Assembly: GCA_001792345.1 (NCBI GenBank)
Contig: MGGJ01000004.1
Location: forward strand, 9,697-73,696
DNA length: 64,000 nt
From: Candidatus Woesebacteria bacterium RIFCSPHIGHO2_01_FULL_39_32
GTDB lineage: Bacteria; Patescibacteriota; Microgenomatia; UBA8517
Direction: 5' to 3'
Part shown: positions 9,612 through 18,798 of the stretch, piece after piece
How the letters are laid out: each line of letters begins with the position of its first letter
Position numbering within the stretch: the stretch's first letter is position 1
The notes under the pieces: generated by a model
Database searches by the model: none
What the model was told of the DNA's origin: nothing
The model's input: only the letters and a program-made list of their open reading frames with translations
Program-made: the position numbers and the translations under genes

Positions 9612-10376
9612 TCAACTAATCCCCGTTATAATTATGGATCCGTTTTTGGTAACTGCAACAGTTTCCTCGAAAAGTCCTGATATTGTACCATCTGAGGTTG
9701 AAATTGTCCACCCATCTCCATCAAGTTTTACATCCCCACTACCCATTGCATACATAACTTCAATAGCTAAAACCGCTCCTTCGGGTATTTCGGGACTCGA
9801 ACTTGCCTTACCACTTGTAAAACACGGAATTTGAGGTTCTTCATGTAAATCTTTTCCCACTCCATGCCCAACCAATGCCCTGATTGGGAAGTACCCAGCC
9901 TGTTTTAGAGTCGATTCAATCGCTTCAGATATATCAAAAATTTTCTTTCCCATTTTAGCCTCCTGAATTGCTTTTTTTAAGGCAATCTTCCCGGTATCCA
10001 GAAATTTATTTATTTCTTTACTTACCTCCAACCCCACAGTAAATGATGTGTCTGTATGAAACCCTTTGTAAAACATCCCTACATCTACGCTTACTACGTC
10101 ACCTTTTTTAAAAACAATCTCCTTTTTAGGAATCCCATGAACAACTCCATCATTTACGTTTACGCACGTTGCCCAGCGATATCTAGGTACCATTTTAAAA
10201 GACGCTTTTCCGCCTTCCTTTTTAATGAGCTTGTTAGCTAAATCGTCTATCTCTTTTGCACTTACACCCTCACGAACTTTATCAATCAGTGCTTTTTTAA
10301 CTCTTCCTAATTTTTTGCCACCTTCGGCTATAAATTCAATCTCTTTACCCGATTTAACCAATATTCCCTTACCCAT
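9612..10376 (-). CDS. map: Methionine aminopeptidase type I
   Basis: VVHGIP, VDVG, HTD, GHGVG, HEEP, AIE. Confidence 0.95.
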   Translation of the reverse strand: MGKGILVKSGKEIEFIAEGGKKLGRVKKALIDKVREGVSAKEIDDLANKLIKKEGGKASFKMVPRYRWATCVNVNDGVVHGIPKKEIVFKKGDVVSVDVGMFYKGFHTDTSFTVGLEVSKEINKFLDTGKIALKKAIQEAKMGKKIFDISEAIESTLKQAGYFPIRALVGHGVGKDLHEEPQIPCFTSGKASSSPEIPEGAVLAIEVMYAMGSGDVKLDGDGWTISTSDGTISGLFEETVAVTKNGSIIITGIS

Positions 10377-11013
10377 TTTTAACACCCAATTTCTCCAATA
10401 TCTCTAAATAAATAACATTTATTGGTCTTACCGCATCAACTCTAATTAATTTTTCTTTATTGTCTAAATAGTCTATTAACTTTTTAGTATTGTTTCTGTA
10501 ATATCTAAACCTAACCTTAATAGCTTCCGGTCTATCGTCATCTCTCTGGATTAATTTACCTTTGCATTTATCACACTTGCCAGATTCTTTAGGCGGATTA
10601 GTAATAACGTTGTAAACCTCACCGCACTTCTCACAGATCCTTCTGCCTGAAAGTCTTTTTACAGCTTCTTTCTCACTTATGTCCAAAGATACAACCGCGT
10701 CAATTTTTTGCCTTTTTGAGGCAAGCCACTTTTCATATTCTTCATACTGAGAAATAAATCTGGGAAATCCCTCGAAAAGAATATTCGTTCCCTTAGGAAC
10801 CCTTTTCTCTAAATATTTCATAACGTAGTTTGTCATTTCCTTTTCGGGAATTAGCTTACCACCATTGATAATATTTCTAATTCTCTTATCAGTTTTTGCC
10901 CATTCTCTTGATAACTCTCCAGTCTGCAGGTAAAAAAGATTTAGTTTTTGGCTCAGCTTTTCTGCTTGAGTTCCTTTTCCTGATCCTGGTGCACCGAGAA
11001 GAACTAAATTCAT
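10369..11013 (-). CDS. adk: Adenylate kinase (Zn-lid)
   Basis: GAPGSGKGTQ, GFPR, RRICEKCG..CDKC, QRDDD; between secY and map. Confidence 0.95.
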   Translation of the reverse strand: MNLVLLGAPGSGKGTQAEKLSQKLNLFYLQTGELSREWAKTDKRIRNIINGGKLIPEKEMTNYVMKYLEKRVPKGTNILFEGFPRFISQYEEYEKWLASKRQKIDAVVSLDISEKEAVKRLSGRRICEKCGEVYNVITNPPKESGKCDKCKGKLIQRDDDRPEAIKVRFRYYRNNTKKLIDYLDNKEKLIRVDAVRPINVIYLEILEKLGVKNG

Positions 11014-11016
11014 AAT

Positions 11017-11105
11017 AAATAAGTACCAATAATTCAATTTCAAATAAATACCAATTCATTAATCGTTCATTGAATTATTGGGTTATTGGTACTTATTGGT
11101 TTATT
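11017..11105. repeat. Imperfect inverted-repeat element built of CCAATAA-type units
   Basis: aataagtaccaataattcaat ... attgaattattgg(gttattgg)tacttatt. Confidence 0.7.
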
Positions 11106-11111
11106 TTCCTG

Positions 11112-12392
11112 CTAACGCAGGAATGTTTCATAACGCTTCATAACAAGTTGTGCTTCAATATCGCGAGTTGTCTCGAGAATTACCGATACTACGATCAGAA
11201 TTCCTGTTCCTCCAATTGCTAGATTCGCAACTCCTATAACATTCTGGAATAAGGAGGGTAATATAGCGATTAAACCCAAAAAAACCGCTCCAACGAGAGT
11301 AATTCTATTTAGGACTTGGGATAAATATTTGGTAGTTTGAGAACCAGGTCTCATACCTGGAATGAACCCGCCCGATTTTTGTAAATTTTCCGAAATCCTC
11401 TCTGGATTAAAGACAACCGAAGTGTAAAAATAGGTGAAGCCGACGACTAAAAGAAAGTAAATTACGTTATATATAAGCGATGCCGGATTAAAAACTTCGG
11501 CAAGATGTGAGCCCACTTGTGCAATTTTAGGGTTCCCAACTCCTGATAAGAATTGACTCGCAAGCGATGGAAGGAGAACCAAGGAAACTGCAAAAATAAT
11601 TGGTATTACCCCTGCCTGATTAAGTCGAAGTGGAATATAAGAAGAAGACAAACCCATTCTTCCCACACGTCGTGCATAAGTAACGGGAATCTGACGAGTT
11701 GCCTCGTTCATAAAAACAATAAGACCAACAATCGCTACCGAAAGTAATAAAAATATTCCAACTTTAAAAATGTCTGCAGCTGTTATCACTGCAACCGATT
11801 GACCTAATGTTACCGGCAGTCGAGCAACGATACCTGCGAAAATAAGAAATGATATTCCATTTCCGACTCCGTACTCTGTAATTAGTTCTCCCAACCAAAC
11901 TGACAACATACTTCCTGCCGTCATGGTAAGAACAAGTGCGGCCAAAGAAAGGGGGTTTAGTTGCGGAATTATTGCTTGACTACGAAGAAGTGTGTACATT
12001 CCAAAACCTTGAAGAGCAGCCAAAGGAACTGTAAGAAATCTTGTATATTGGTTAATCCGTTCCTGACCATATTCTCCCTCCTTTGACAACTCCTCAAGAC
12101 GAGGCACCACGTAGGTAAGAAGCTGCATTATAATTGACGCGTTAATATAAGGAGTCAACCCCAAGGCCATAATCGAAAAGTTAGCCAAAGTTCCTCCAGA
12201 AAATACATCCAGTAAAGATAGAAGTGGACTTCCCAAAAAAAGTGCTTGAAGAGAAGTTCTATCTATTCCAGCTGCAGGAATATGAGCGGTCAAACGGAAA
12301 ATAGCTAATACGATTCCCGTAATAAAAATCTTTTTCCGAATATCAGGAGATTTAACTGCTTTTGAAAAAAATTGAATAATTGTGGAAAACAT
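11112..12392 (-). CDS. secY: Preprotein translocase SecY
   Basis: [44 protein letters not shown]. Confidence 0.98.
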   Translation of the reverse strand: MFSTIIQFFSKAVKSPDIRKKIFITGIVLAIFRLTAHIPAAGIDRTSLQALFLGSPLLSLLDVFSGGTLANFSIMALGLTPYINASIIMQLLTYVVPRLEELSKEGEYGQERINQYTRFLTVPLAALQGFGMYTLLRSQAIIPQLNPLSLAALVLTMTAGSMLSVWLGELITEYGVGNGISFLIFAGIVARLPVTLGQSVAVITAADIFKVGIFLLLSVAIVGLIVFMNEATRQIPVTYARRVGRMGLSSSYIPLRLNQAGVIPIIFAVSLVLLPSLASQFLSGVGNPKIAQVGSHLAEVFNPASLIYNVIYFLLVVGFTYFYTSVVFNPERISENLQKSGGFIPGMRPGSQTTKYLSQVLNRITLVGAVFLGLIAILPSLFQNVIGVANLAIGGTGILIVVSVILETTRDIEAQLVMKRYETFLR

Positions 12393-12829
12393 TATTTAAC
12401 AATCTTTCCACCGGCCTTCTCGACGAGTTTGGCAGCGGACTTGGAAATTGGAATAGTAATATTAAATTTTTTCTTAATTTCACCGTCACCTAAGATTTTT
12501 ACTCCAACTTTGCCTGCTTGCTTCTCAACAATGCCATTTTTTATAAGTGACTCGAGGTTGACTGTAGTACCAGAAGGTAGAATATCAAGATAACGCGTTT
12601 TTACGATAATTGGCTTATCTTTACCTTTAAACTTTCCTTTTCCACGACGAAGGGGGAGTCTTTTAATAAAGCTTTTCTTCATTTTAGTTCCCTCGAAAAG
12701 AACTCCAATGTTCCTTCTTGATTTTTGACCCTTTTGTCCACGCCCTACTGTGTGGCCACCTTTTCCTCCACCATAACCACGCCCGAGTCTTTTTTTTCTT
12801 TTCGTAACAACTTTCGGTAATTGTGTCAT
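12392..12829 (-). CDS. rplO: 50S ribosomal protein L15
   Basis: [25 protein letters not shown]. Confidence 0.95.
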   Translation of the reverse strand: MTQLPKVVTKRKKRLGRGYGGGKGGHTVGRGQKGQKSRRNIGVLFEGTKMKKSFIKRLPLRRGKGKFKGKDKPIIVKTRYLDILPSGTTVNLESLIKNGIVEKQAGKVGVKILGDGEIKKKFNITIPISKSAAKLVEKAGGKIVK

Positions 12830-12845
12830 TCTTTACTCCTCCTAT

Positions 12846-13337
12846 TTATATATCTTTTTTTGAAATTGATTCTTTTCTATTTCTAATCTTAGCAATTGTC
12901 TTTAATCCTTCCAACGTCGCATACACATTTGAAGTTTTATTTTTAGTTCCTAAAATTTTTCCAACAGCATCCCGTACTCCCGCTGCCTCGAGAACTACTC
13001 GAATTGGCCCCCCTGCTATAATTCCGCTTCCGGGGGGCGCGGGTTTAAGTAAGACCTTAGCAGCGGAAAACTTTTCGGAAACAGAATAAGGAATTGTTGT
13101 ACCCCTGAGGGGAATAGTAAACATTTTTCGTTTTGCCGAGGCTAATGATTTTCTAATTGCCCCTGAAACATCGGGTGCTTTGGCAAGACCTACCCCAACT
13201 TTGCCTTTTCTATCACCAACAACTACTAAGGCCGAAAAGCGTATTGTATTTCCACCCTTAGTTTTTTTCGAAATTCTTCGGATCTTAACAACGGTTTCAT
13301 CGAACTCTTTAAGTACTTGGTTGTAGTAAGCAGTCAT
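12846..13337 (-). CDS. rpsE: 30S ribosomal protein S5
   Basis: KTKGG, FSALVVVGD, PAPPGSGIIAGG. Confidence 0.97.
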   Translation of the reverse strand: MTAYYNQVLKEFDETVVKIRRISKKTKGGNTIRFSALVVVGDRKGKVGVGLAKAPDVSGAIRKSLASAKRKMFTIPLRGTTIPYSVSEKFSAAKVLLKPAPPGSGIIAGGPIRVVLEAAGVRDAVGKILGTKNKTSNVYATLEGLKTIAKIRNRKESISKKDI

Positions 13338-13723
13338 TAAACTTCTAGTCCCCCTTTCCGGACACCTTCAGCAAGCGCCTTGACTCGTCCATGATACCTA
13401 TATCCTCCACGATCAAAAATAACTTTTTTAATCTTTTTCTTTCCCGCCTTCTTTGCAAGCAAATCTCCTAACAGAAATGCAATATTCTTCTTTGTTTGCG
13501 ACGCGACCTCTTTTTTAGTGCTATCTGTTTTTTTCTTCGGTTTAGCCAACTCTAAGTCACTCGCAGAAACCAGGGTAGAACTTTTACTGTCATCGATAAT
13601 CTGGGCGTAAATATGCTTATTTGATCTGAATACAGAAAGCCTTGGGCGTTTTACACTCCCTTGAATCTTTGCTCTAACTCTTTTTTTTCGTCTTGCCTCC
13701 CTAATAATTTTTTCTGTGCTCAT
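13337..13723 (-). CDS. rplR: 50S ribosomal protein L18
   Basis: RPRLSVFRSNKHIYAQIIDD, FDRGGYRYHGRV. Confidence 0.97.
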   Translation of the reverse strand: MSTEKIIREARRKKRVRAKIQGSVKRPRLSVFRSNKHIYAQIIDDSKSSTLVSASDLELAKPKKKTDSTKKEVASQTKKNIAFLLGDLLAKKAGKKKIKKVIFDRGGYRYHGRVKALAEGVRKGGLEV

Positions 13724-13739
13724 AGTCTCATGCTAGGAA

Positions 13740-14291
13740 TTACGCTGCCGCCCCAACGGTTTTAGCTGCTTTTCCTGCCTTTCTACGAATCACTTCGTCT
13801 TTATATTTGATTCCTTTCCCTTTATATGGTTCTGGTTTCCGTATCGCACGAAGGCTAGCAGCAACCTGCCCCACAACTTCTTTGTCAGGCCCCTCCACGC
13901 TAACATCTGTTTTTTCTACCTTAAAAGAGATTCCAGGAGGAGCTTTTACCTTAATCGGATGAGAAAACCCAACCGTTAGAGTAAGTACATCCCCAGATAC
14001 ATCTGCCCTGTAGCCAGTTCCGACCAATTCAAGCGTTTTCAACCAACCCGTTGTTACACCGATTATCATATTCGCTAAAATTGCTCGTGTTGTTCCATAA
14101 AGAGCACTACTACGACTTGTCTTTCTTTTCTCTAATAGCTTAATTTCGTTTTCGCTTTTTTCAATAGTAATATCTTTGGAAAACTTCCTTACAAGCGCTC
14201 CTTTTGGACCAATAACTTTTATTGTATTCCCATCTAAACTTACCGTAACTCCTTCGGGAATTTGAATTGATAATTTACCTATCCTACTCAT
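13740..14291 (-). CDS. rplF: 50S ribosomal protein L6
   Basis: MSRIGK, GTGYRA, PEPYKGKG. Confidence 0.98.
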   Translation of the reverse strand: MSRIGKLSIQIPEGVTVSLDGNTIKVIGPKGALVRKFSKDITIEKSENEIKLLEKRKTSRSSALYGTTRAILANMIIGVTTGWLKTLELVGTGYRADVSGDVLTLTVGFSHPIKVKAPPGISFKVEKTDVSVEGPDKEVVGQVAASLRAIRKPEPYKGKGIKYKDEVIRRKAGKAAKTVGAAA

Positions 14292-14725
14292 AGAACCTCC
14301 GCTATAACCTCGCCGCCGAGGCGCTTCTTCAATGCATCTTTCGACGACATAACTCCACTTGGCGTTGAAATCAATAAGATCGAGGGGTCTTTCCTTTTTT
14401 CTAATTCGCTTGCCTTAATGTAGACTCTTAACCCCGGTTTAGAGACTAGTTTAATCTCCGTCAATATTGGTTCTTTTCTCCTATATGTAAGGGTAACGGA
14501 AACTTTCCCCCTTTTTTCAGAAATATCCGCAAGATATCCTTCTGCTACTAATGTTTTCGCCACAGCTTTTATAAGCTTAGTATGAGGCATCTCAACAGTC
14601 TTCATCCTCGCCAAACCGGCGTTTTTTAGTCTGACTAGAAAATCCCCAACAGGGTAATTTCCCGCCGCAACTCTTACCGTCTCTGTTTTCGATTGTTTTT
14701 TAGTATTTTTTGTTTTTCTTGGCAT
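14288..14725 (-). CDS. rpsH: 30S ribosomal protein S8 (basic N-terminal extension; start uncertain)
   Basis: SKPGLRVY, ISTPSGV, GGEV. Confidence 0.93.
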   Translation of the reverse strand: MPRKTKNTKKQSKTETVRVAAGNYPVGDFLVRLKNAGLARMKTVEMPHTKLIKAVAKTLVAEGYLADISEKRGKVSVTLTYRRKEPILTEIKLVSKPGLRVYIKASELEKRKDPSILLISTPSGVMSSKDALKKRLGGEVIAEVL

Positions 14726-14736
14726 TTTTTTCTTTG

Positions 14737-14767
14737 TCTGACTTTCTTTTTCTAAAAGAAAGTCAGA
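14737..14767. repeat. Perfect palindrome (14-bp arms), REP-like
   Basis: tctgactttctttt-tct-aaaagaaagtcaga; sister copy at 27852-27880. Confidence 0.8.
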
Positions 14768-14772
14768 AATGT

Positions 14773-14958
14773 TTACCAACTCGCTTTTCTCACTCCAGGA
14801 ATCTCACCCCTATGAGCAAACTCCCTGAAACAAAGCCTACAAAGTCCAAATTTTCTCATATAGCCTCGACTTCGTCCACAAAGGCGACACCTATTTCTGT
14901 ATCTCACCTTATATTTCAATTTTTTTGTTTCTCTTACAACTTTTGATGTTTTTGCCAT
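14773..14958 (-). CDS. rpsN: 30S ribosomal protein S14 (short, Zn-binding type)
   Basis: [32 protein letters not shown], 61 aa. Confidence 0.97.
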   Translation of the reverse strand: MAKTSKVVRETKKLKYKVRYRNRCRLCGRSRGYMRKFGLCRLCFREFAHRGEIPGVRKASW

Positions 14959-14977
14959 ATGACTCGCTTTGCTCGTA

Positions 14978-15523
14978 CTATTTTTCCTTCTTTTCAAACG
15001 GCATTCCCAGTAATTCAAGTAGTCGTTTTGACATATCAACATTATTGGTATTTGTCACAATGGTAATTTCAAGTCCTCTTGGTTGAACCTTGGCAAGATC
15101 GATCTCCGGAAAAACACTGTGTTCTATCAATCCCAAAGTATAATTTCCGTATTTGTCAAAACTCTTAACGGAAAGTCCTCGAAAATCTCTTAAACGAGGC
15201 AAGTTTATTGAAAAAAGTTTATCTAAAAATGAATACATACGTTCTCCCCGTAATGTCACCTTTAATCCAACTGGCATACCGCGTCTTATACCAAAACTTG
15301 CCACAGATACCTTAGCGTTTCGGACAGATGCCATCTGACCTGTGATTGCCGCTAAATCTTTCTTCGTACTTTCCAAAACTTCTTTATTTTTAGACGCCTC
15401 GCCAACCCCCATATTTACGACGACCTTTGTTATTTTAGGAATCGCTAAGGAATTATCAATTCTAAATTCAGCTGCAAGGCTTTTTCTAATTTCTTTTTCG
15501 TATTTTTGTTTTAATCTTCCCAT
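14978..15523 (-). CDS. rplE: 50S ribosomal protein L5
   Basis: [22 protein letters not shown]. Confidence 0.98.
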   Translation of the reverse strand: MGRLKQKYEKEIRKSLAAEFRIDNSLAIPKITKVVVNMGVGEASKNKEVLESTKKDLAAITGQMASVRNAKVSVASFGIRRGMPVGLKVTLRGERMYSFLDKLFSINLPRLRDFRGLSVKSFDKYGNYTLGLIEHSVFPEIDLAKVQPRGLEITIVTNTNNVDMSKRLLELLGMPFEKKEK

Positions 15524-15527
15524 TCAA

Positions 15528-15854
15528 TTATTTCTTTTTAATTTTAGTATCTATCTCTCTTCCGCACTTCCTACAGATTCTTACCTTTTCATCACCGGAC
15601 AATTTAAAACCGACTCGAGTCACCTTACTACATTTGGGACATACTATTGCTAATTTAGAATAGGAAAGAGGCCTTGGAATGTCATATATTCCACCCTTTT
15701 GTCCAGGACGACCTTTAACATGTTTCTTATAAAGATTAATTCCAGGAACCACAACTTTTCCTTCTTTTATTAGGATTGCCTCTATACTACCTTCTCTCCC
15801 TTTATCTTTTCCAGTAGTTATTTTAACTTTGTCTCCAACTTTGAATTTAAGCAT
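15528..15854 (-). CDS. rplX: 50S ribosomal protein L24
   Basis: GDKVKITTGKDKG KOW motif; operon position. Confidence 0.96.
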   Translation of the reverse strand: MLKFKVGDKVKITTGKDKGREGSIEAILIKEGKVVVPGINLYKKHVKGRPGQKGGIYDIPRPLSYSKLAIVCPKCSKVTRVGFKLSGDEKVRICRKCGREIDTKIKKK

Positions 15855-15855
15855 T

Positions 15856-16221
15856 TTATACTACCTCCCTCGACAATGATGCTATTTTTGTATAGCCTCT
15901 TTCCTTCACTTCACGGGCGATTGGTCCTAGGATTCTAGTACCTCGTGGTAATCCCAGTTTGTCAATAACTACTCCCGCATTATCATCAAAACGCACATAG
16001 CTTCCGTCCGTCCTTCTTACCTCCTTTTTGGTTCGTACTATAAGAACTCTTACTTTCTCGCTATCAGTGACGATTCCATTTGGATCAGCCCCATTTACAA
16101 TACCGCGTATTACATGAGCAAGAGAGGCAATCTTTCCTACTCTAGGGGAAATACCAATTACCTTAATCTTTTTTGCACCCGCGTTATCGGCGGGATTTAA
16201 AACAGTACCAAGTTGTATCAT
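15856..16221 (-). CDS. rplN: 50S ribosomal protein L14
   Basis: MIQ..ADNAGAK, RFDDNA, GTRILGPIARE. Confidence 0.97.
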   Translation of the reverse strand: MIQLGTVLNPADNAGAKKIKVIGISPRVGKIASLAHVIRGIVNGADPNGIVTDSEKVRVLIVRTKKEVRRTDGSYVRFDDNAGVVIDKLGLPRGTRILGPIAREVKERGYTKIASLSREVV

Positions 16222-16454
16222 TTTTTACCCCCCACAATCTCAATAATCTTCCACTTTTTGGTTTTGCTGTAAGGCTTACTTGCAACAAAACGAACCTTTT
16301 CTCCAACCTCAGTACCCATTTCATCATGTACGTGATATTTTTGGGTCCTTTTTATTCTTTTTTTGTAAACTGGATGAATCACAACTCGTTCAACATTAAC
16401 TATTGCGGTCTTTTCCATTTTTTTAGATACCACTACTCCTGAAAAGATCTTCAT
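16218..16454 (-). CDS. rpsQ: 30S ribosomal protein S17
   Basis: GVVVSKKMEKT, HPVYKK, HDE, SKTKKW. Confidence 0.97.
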   Translation of the reverse strand: MKIFSGVVVSKKMEKTAIVNVERVVIHPVYKKRIKRTQKYHVHDEMGTEVGEKVRFVASKPYSKTKKWKIIEIVGGKK

Positions 16455-16687
16455 TTAATTTCCTCCTTTATTTCCCCTTTGGCTTTCTCCATAATCTGTT
16501 TCTCTCTCATTAAAGTTACAACTTGAGCCAAGTCATGACGAAGATTTTTGACTTTCTTCAAGTTTTTCTCTTTTGATGCCGATATATTCGCCTTAGTCTT
16601 TACTATTTCAAGACGCATCTGCCCAACCAACTTCGCCAATTCTATAGCTTCCTTAGATCTCAAACTTATTATGTCTTTCTTTTTCAT
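16451..16687 (-). CDS. rpmC: 50S ribosomal protein L29
   Basis: Between rplP and rpsQ; LRHDLAQVVT helix. Confidence 0.88.
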   Translation of the reverse strand: MKKKDIISLRSKEAIELAKLVGQMRLEIVKTKANISASKEKNLKKVKNLRHDLAQVVTLMREKQIMEKAKGEIKEEIK

Positions 16688-16688
16688 A

Positions 16689-17105
16689 TTAACCTTCTTC
16701 CTCACGACTTACTATTTTCGATTTAAACGGTAGTTTTGCCGCAGCTTTCGCGAATACTAATCTAACCAAATCTTGCGAGATTCCCGCAACCTCAAAAATA
16801 ATTTTTCCAGGCGTAATAACTACGACATACCTATCAAATTCACCCTTCCCTCCACCCATACGTTGTCCCGCAGGACGAGAGGTTACTGGTTTATCAGGAA
16901 AAACCCTTATCCAAAGGCGTCCACCCTTTTTAAGGCTATGGGTAATTGCACGTCTTCCTGCTTCGATTTGTCTTGAGGACAACCAACCAGCTCCAAGAGC
17001 TTTCAAACCATACTCCCCAAAAGCTAAACTTGATCCGCGAATGGACTTACCCCTCATTCGTCCTCTAAAATCATTTCTAAATTTTCTTCGTTTTGGTTCT
17101 AACAT
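16689..17105 (-). CDS. rplP: 50S ribosomal protein L16
   Basis: MLEPKR, FGEYGL, RQIEA, RVFPDKP, RMGGGKG. Confidence 0.98.
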   Translation of the reverse strand: MLEPKRRKFRNDFRGRMRGKSIRGSSLAFGEYGLKALGAGWLSSRQIEAGRRAITHSLKKGGRLWIRVFPDKPVTSRPAGQRMGGGKGEFDRYVVVITPGKIIFEVAGISQDLVRLVFAKAAAKLPFKSKIVSREEEG

Positions 17106-17111
17106 TCGTCT

Positions 17112-17250
17112 TTGCTCGGCTATCGCTTTCGTTCCTCGTAAACTCGGAACTTACAGCTATTAGTCGGCAACTCCTCTCAAATTTGCTTCGCAAATTTGTA
17201 ATTCGATTTTGTTATTAATCACTTGTTTACTGCAAAGCAGCAAGCTTTGC
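17112..17250. repeat. Cluster of three hairpins in the rpsC-rplP spacer
   Basis: gttcc-tcgtaaactc-ggaac inside a longer stem (17112-17170); caaatttgc-ttc-gcaaatttg (17178-17198); gcaaagc-agcaa-gctttgc (17232-17250). Confidence 0.75.
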
Positions 17251-17258
17251 TTATTATT

Positions 17259-17915
17259 TTATTCCTCTTCTTGTTTTTTATGTATAAATACCTTCACTCC
17301 TACGTAACCTCTTTTCAAAAGGGCTGGAATTTGAGCATAATCAATATTTTCTCGCATGGTTTGTGACGGAACCGATCCCTGGTGATATTTTTCAGTTCTT
17401 CCTATTTCTGCTCCACCAATTCTTCCCGACAAAATTATTTTGACCCCGAGGGCGCCTGACTGCATTACTCTTTCAATTGTCTTCGCCACTACTCTTCTAT
17501 GGGGAATTCTGCGTTCCAGCTCTGAGACTATTCGGCTTGCAACTAGATAAGCAGAAAGTTCTGGGTTTTTTACTTCATTTACCTGTAAATCAATTTTTAT
17601 GTCGGTAATTTTCTTTCCACGCACCGCCTGAAGTGTATTAAGAATAAACTTCTTTACATCTTCGAGTCCAGAACCACCTCTACCGATCACAACCCCAGGA
17701 CGGGATACAATCAAAACGATTACCATACTTTTGGGTAACCTCTCAATTTCAACTCTCGTTATACCTGCAAGTTTCAACTTTCCCATTAGGGCTTTACGAA
17801 TAGTTATGTCCTCCAAAAGGTAATCTTTATATCGAGTATCGTCCACAAACCAACGTGACTTCCAAGGCATAAAAGTGCCAATTCTAAATCCGGTTGGGTT
17901 AATTTTCTGTCCCAC
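17259..17915 (-). CDS. rpsC: 30S ribosomal protein S3 (GTG start after AAAGGAGG)
   Basis: GQKINPTGFRIG, RPGVVIGRGG, SGRIGGAEI. Confidence 0.97.
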   Translation of the reverse strand: MGQKINPTGFRIGTFMPWKSRWFVDDTRYKDYLLEDITIRKALMGKLKLAGITRVEIERLPKSMVIVLIVSRPGVVIGRGGSGLEDVKKFILNTLQAVRGKKITDIKIDLQVNEVKNPELSAYLVASRIVSELERRIPHRRVVAKTIERVMQSGALGVKIILSGRIGGAEIGRTEKYHQGSVPSQTMRENIDYAQIPALLKRGYVGVKVFIHKKQEEE

Positions 17916-17935
17916 ACGCCCTCCTTTCAGTCGGG

Positions 17936-18113
17936 AATTTCCAATTTCCAATTTCCAATTTCCAATTAATTTCAATGTACAAATTTTCTAATTTTTTAAA
18001 CATTTTTATTTCTCCTTAACTTCGCTTTTGGGATTTTTACATCTTTTTTTTCTTCCTTCAAATTTACTATTTTAGAATTTGTTTGAGATTTGGATTTTGA
18101 GATTTGGTCATTT
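17936..18113. repeat. Heptamer-repeat inverted element, one arm inside the rplV 3' end
   Basis: (AATTTCC)x4 at 17936-17963 facing AAATCTC-AAAATCC-AAATCTC-AAACAAATTCT on minus strand at ~18061-18113. Confidence 0.7.
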
Positions 18114-18439
18114 CGAGTTGTCAAGACAACTCGGATGTGACTCATTCTTCTTTTGTAGGGTTTTGCCCGCCCCCGTGCTCCCGCTCGAAAGCGTTTTAAC
18201 CTAGGACCTTCACCGATCTGGATTTCTTTAAAGATTAGGGTTTCCACGTTTACTTCCTTTTGCTTAGCATTAGCTATCGCAGTTTTTACTACCTTTTCCA
18301 AAGGTTTCGCTGCTCTTTTACCCGCAAAGGGGAGTCGCTCGACCGCCCCCGTTGGAGAAAGTTTCTTAATAAGTGCGACCACCTCCCGCAACTTTTTGGG
18401 AGAGGAAAGCACAAATTTTTGTGTTGCTTTAAATTCCAT
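17996..18439 (-). CDS. rplV: 50S ribosomal protein L22 with C-terminal extension
   Basis: SPKKLR, AIANA, EGPRLKR, ARGRA, SHIRV. Confidence 0.96.
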   Translation of the reverse strand: MEFKATQKFVLSSPKKLREVVALIKKLSPTGAVERLPFAGKRAAKPLEKVVKTAIANAKQKEVNVETLIFKEIQIGEGPRLKRFRAGARGRAKPYKRRMSHIRVVLTTRNDQISKSKSQTNSKIVNLKEEKKDVKIPKAKLRRNKNV

Positions 18440-18442
18440 ATG

Positions 18443-18516
18443 CTTGCCCCGTAGAATCGCTCCTCCGACACAAGGCTATAAACCTCGGTAGGAGATAAGA
18501 GTTCTTCGGGGTTAAG
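18443..18516. repeat. Nested palindromic element in rpsS-rplV spacer (MITE/REP-like)
   Basis: Outer arms cttgccccgtagaa / ttcttcggggttaag; inner ctcctccga...tcggtaggag. Confidence 0.7.
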
Positions 18517-18793
18517 TTTTCTCAAGAGTCCTTTTGACAACCTGTCCGTGACCTCTAAAAGTTCTTGTCAGAGCAAACTCACCCAGTCTATGACCTACCA
18601 TGTCTTCGGTAACAAATACGTCAATAAAGATGCGACCATTATGAACCTTAAAGTATTTCCCGACGAATTCAGGGGGTATCTGACTACTACGAAACCATGT
18701 TTTTATTGGATTCCCTTTATCGCCTAGCCCCCCCTTTACCTTTTTTACAAGGCGTTCATCAACATACGGCCCCTTTTTACTTGATCTTGACAT
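18512..18793 (-). CDS. rpsS: 30S ribosomal protein S19
   Basis: [25 protein letters not shown]. Confidence 0.98.
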   Translation of the reverse strand: MSRSSKKGPYVDERLVKKVKGGLGDKGNPIKTWFRSSQIPPEFVGKYFKVHNGRIFIDVFVTEDMVGHRLGEFALTRTFRGHGQVVKRTLEKT

Positions 18794-18798
18794 ATCTT

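Noticed and set aside
11014..11043. Extended adk N-terminus MKLNYWYLFI
   Set aside because: Derived from the repeat arm; the conserved start is MNLVLLG
17916..17975. N-terminal extension MKLIGNWKLEIGNS on S3 in the ORF track
   Set aside because: Translation of the heptamer repeat; the real start is GTG at 17915 after AAAGGAGG
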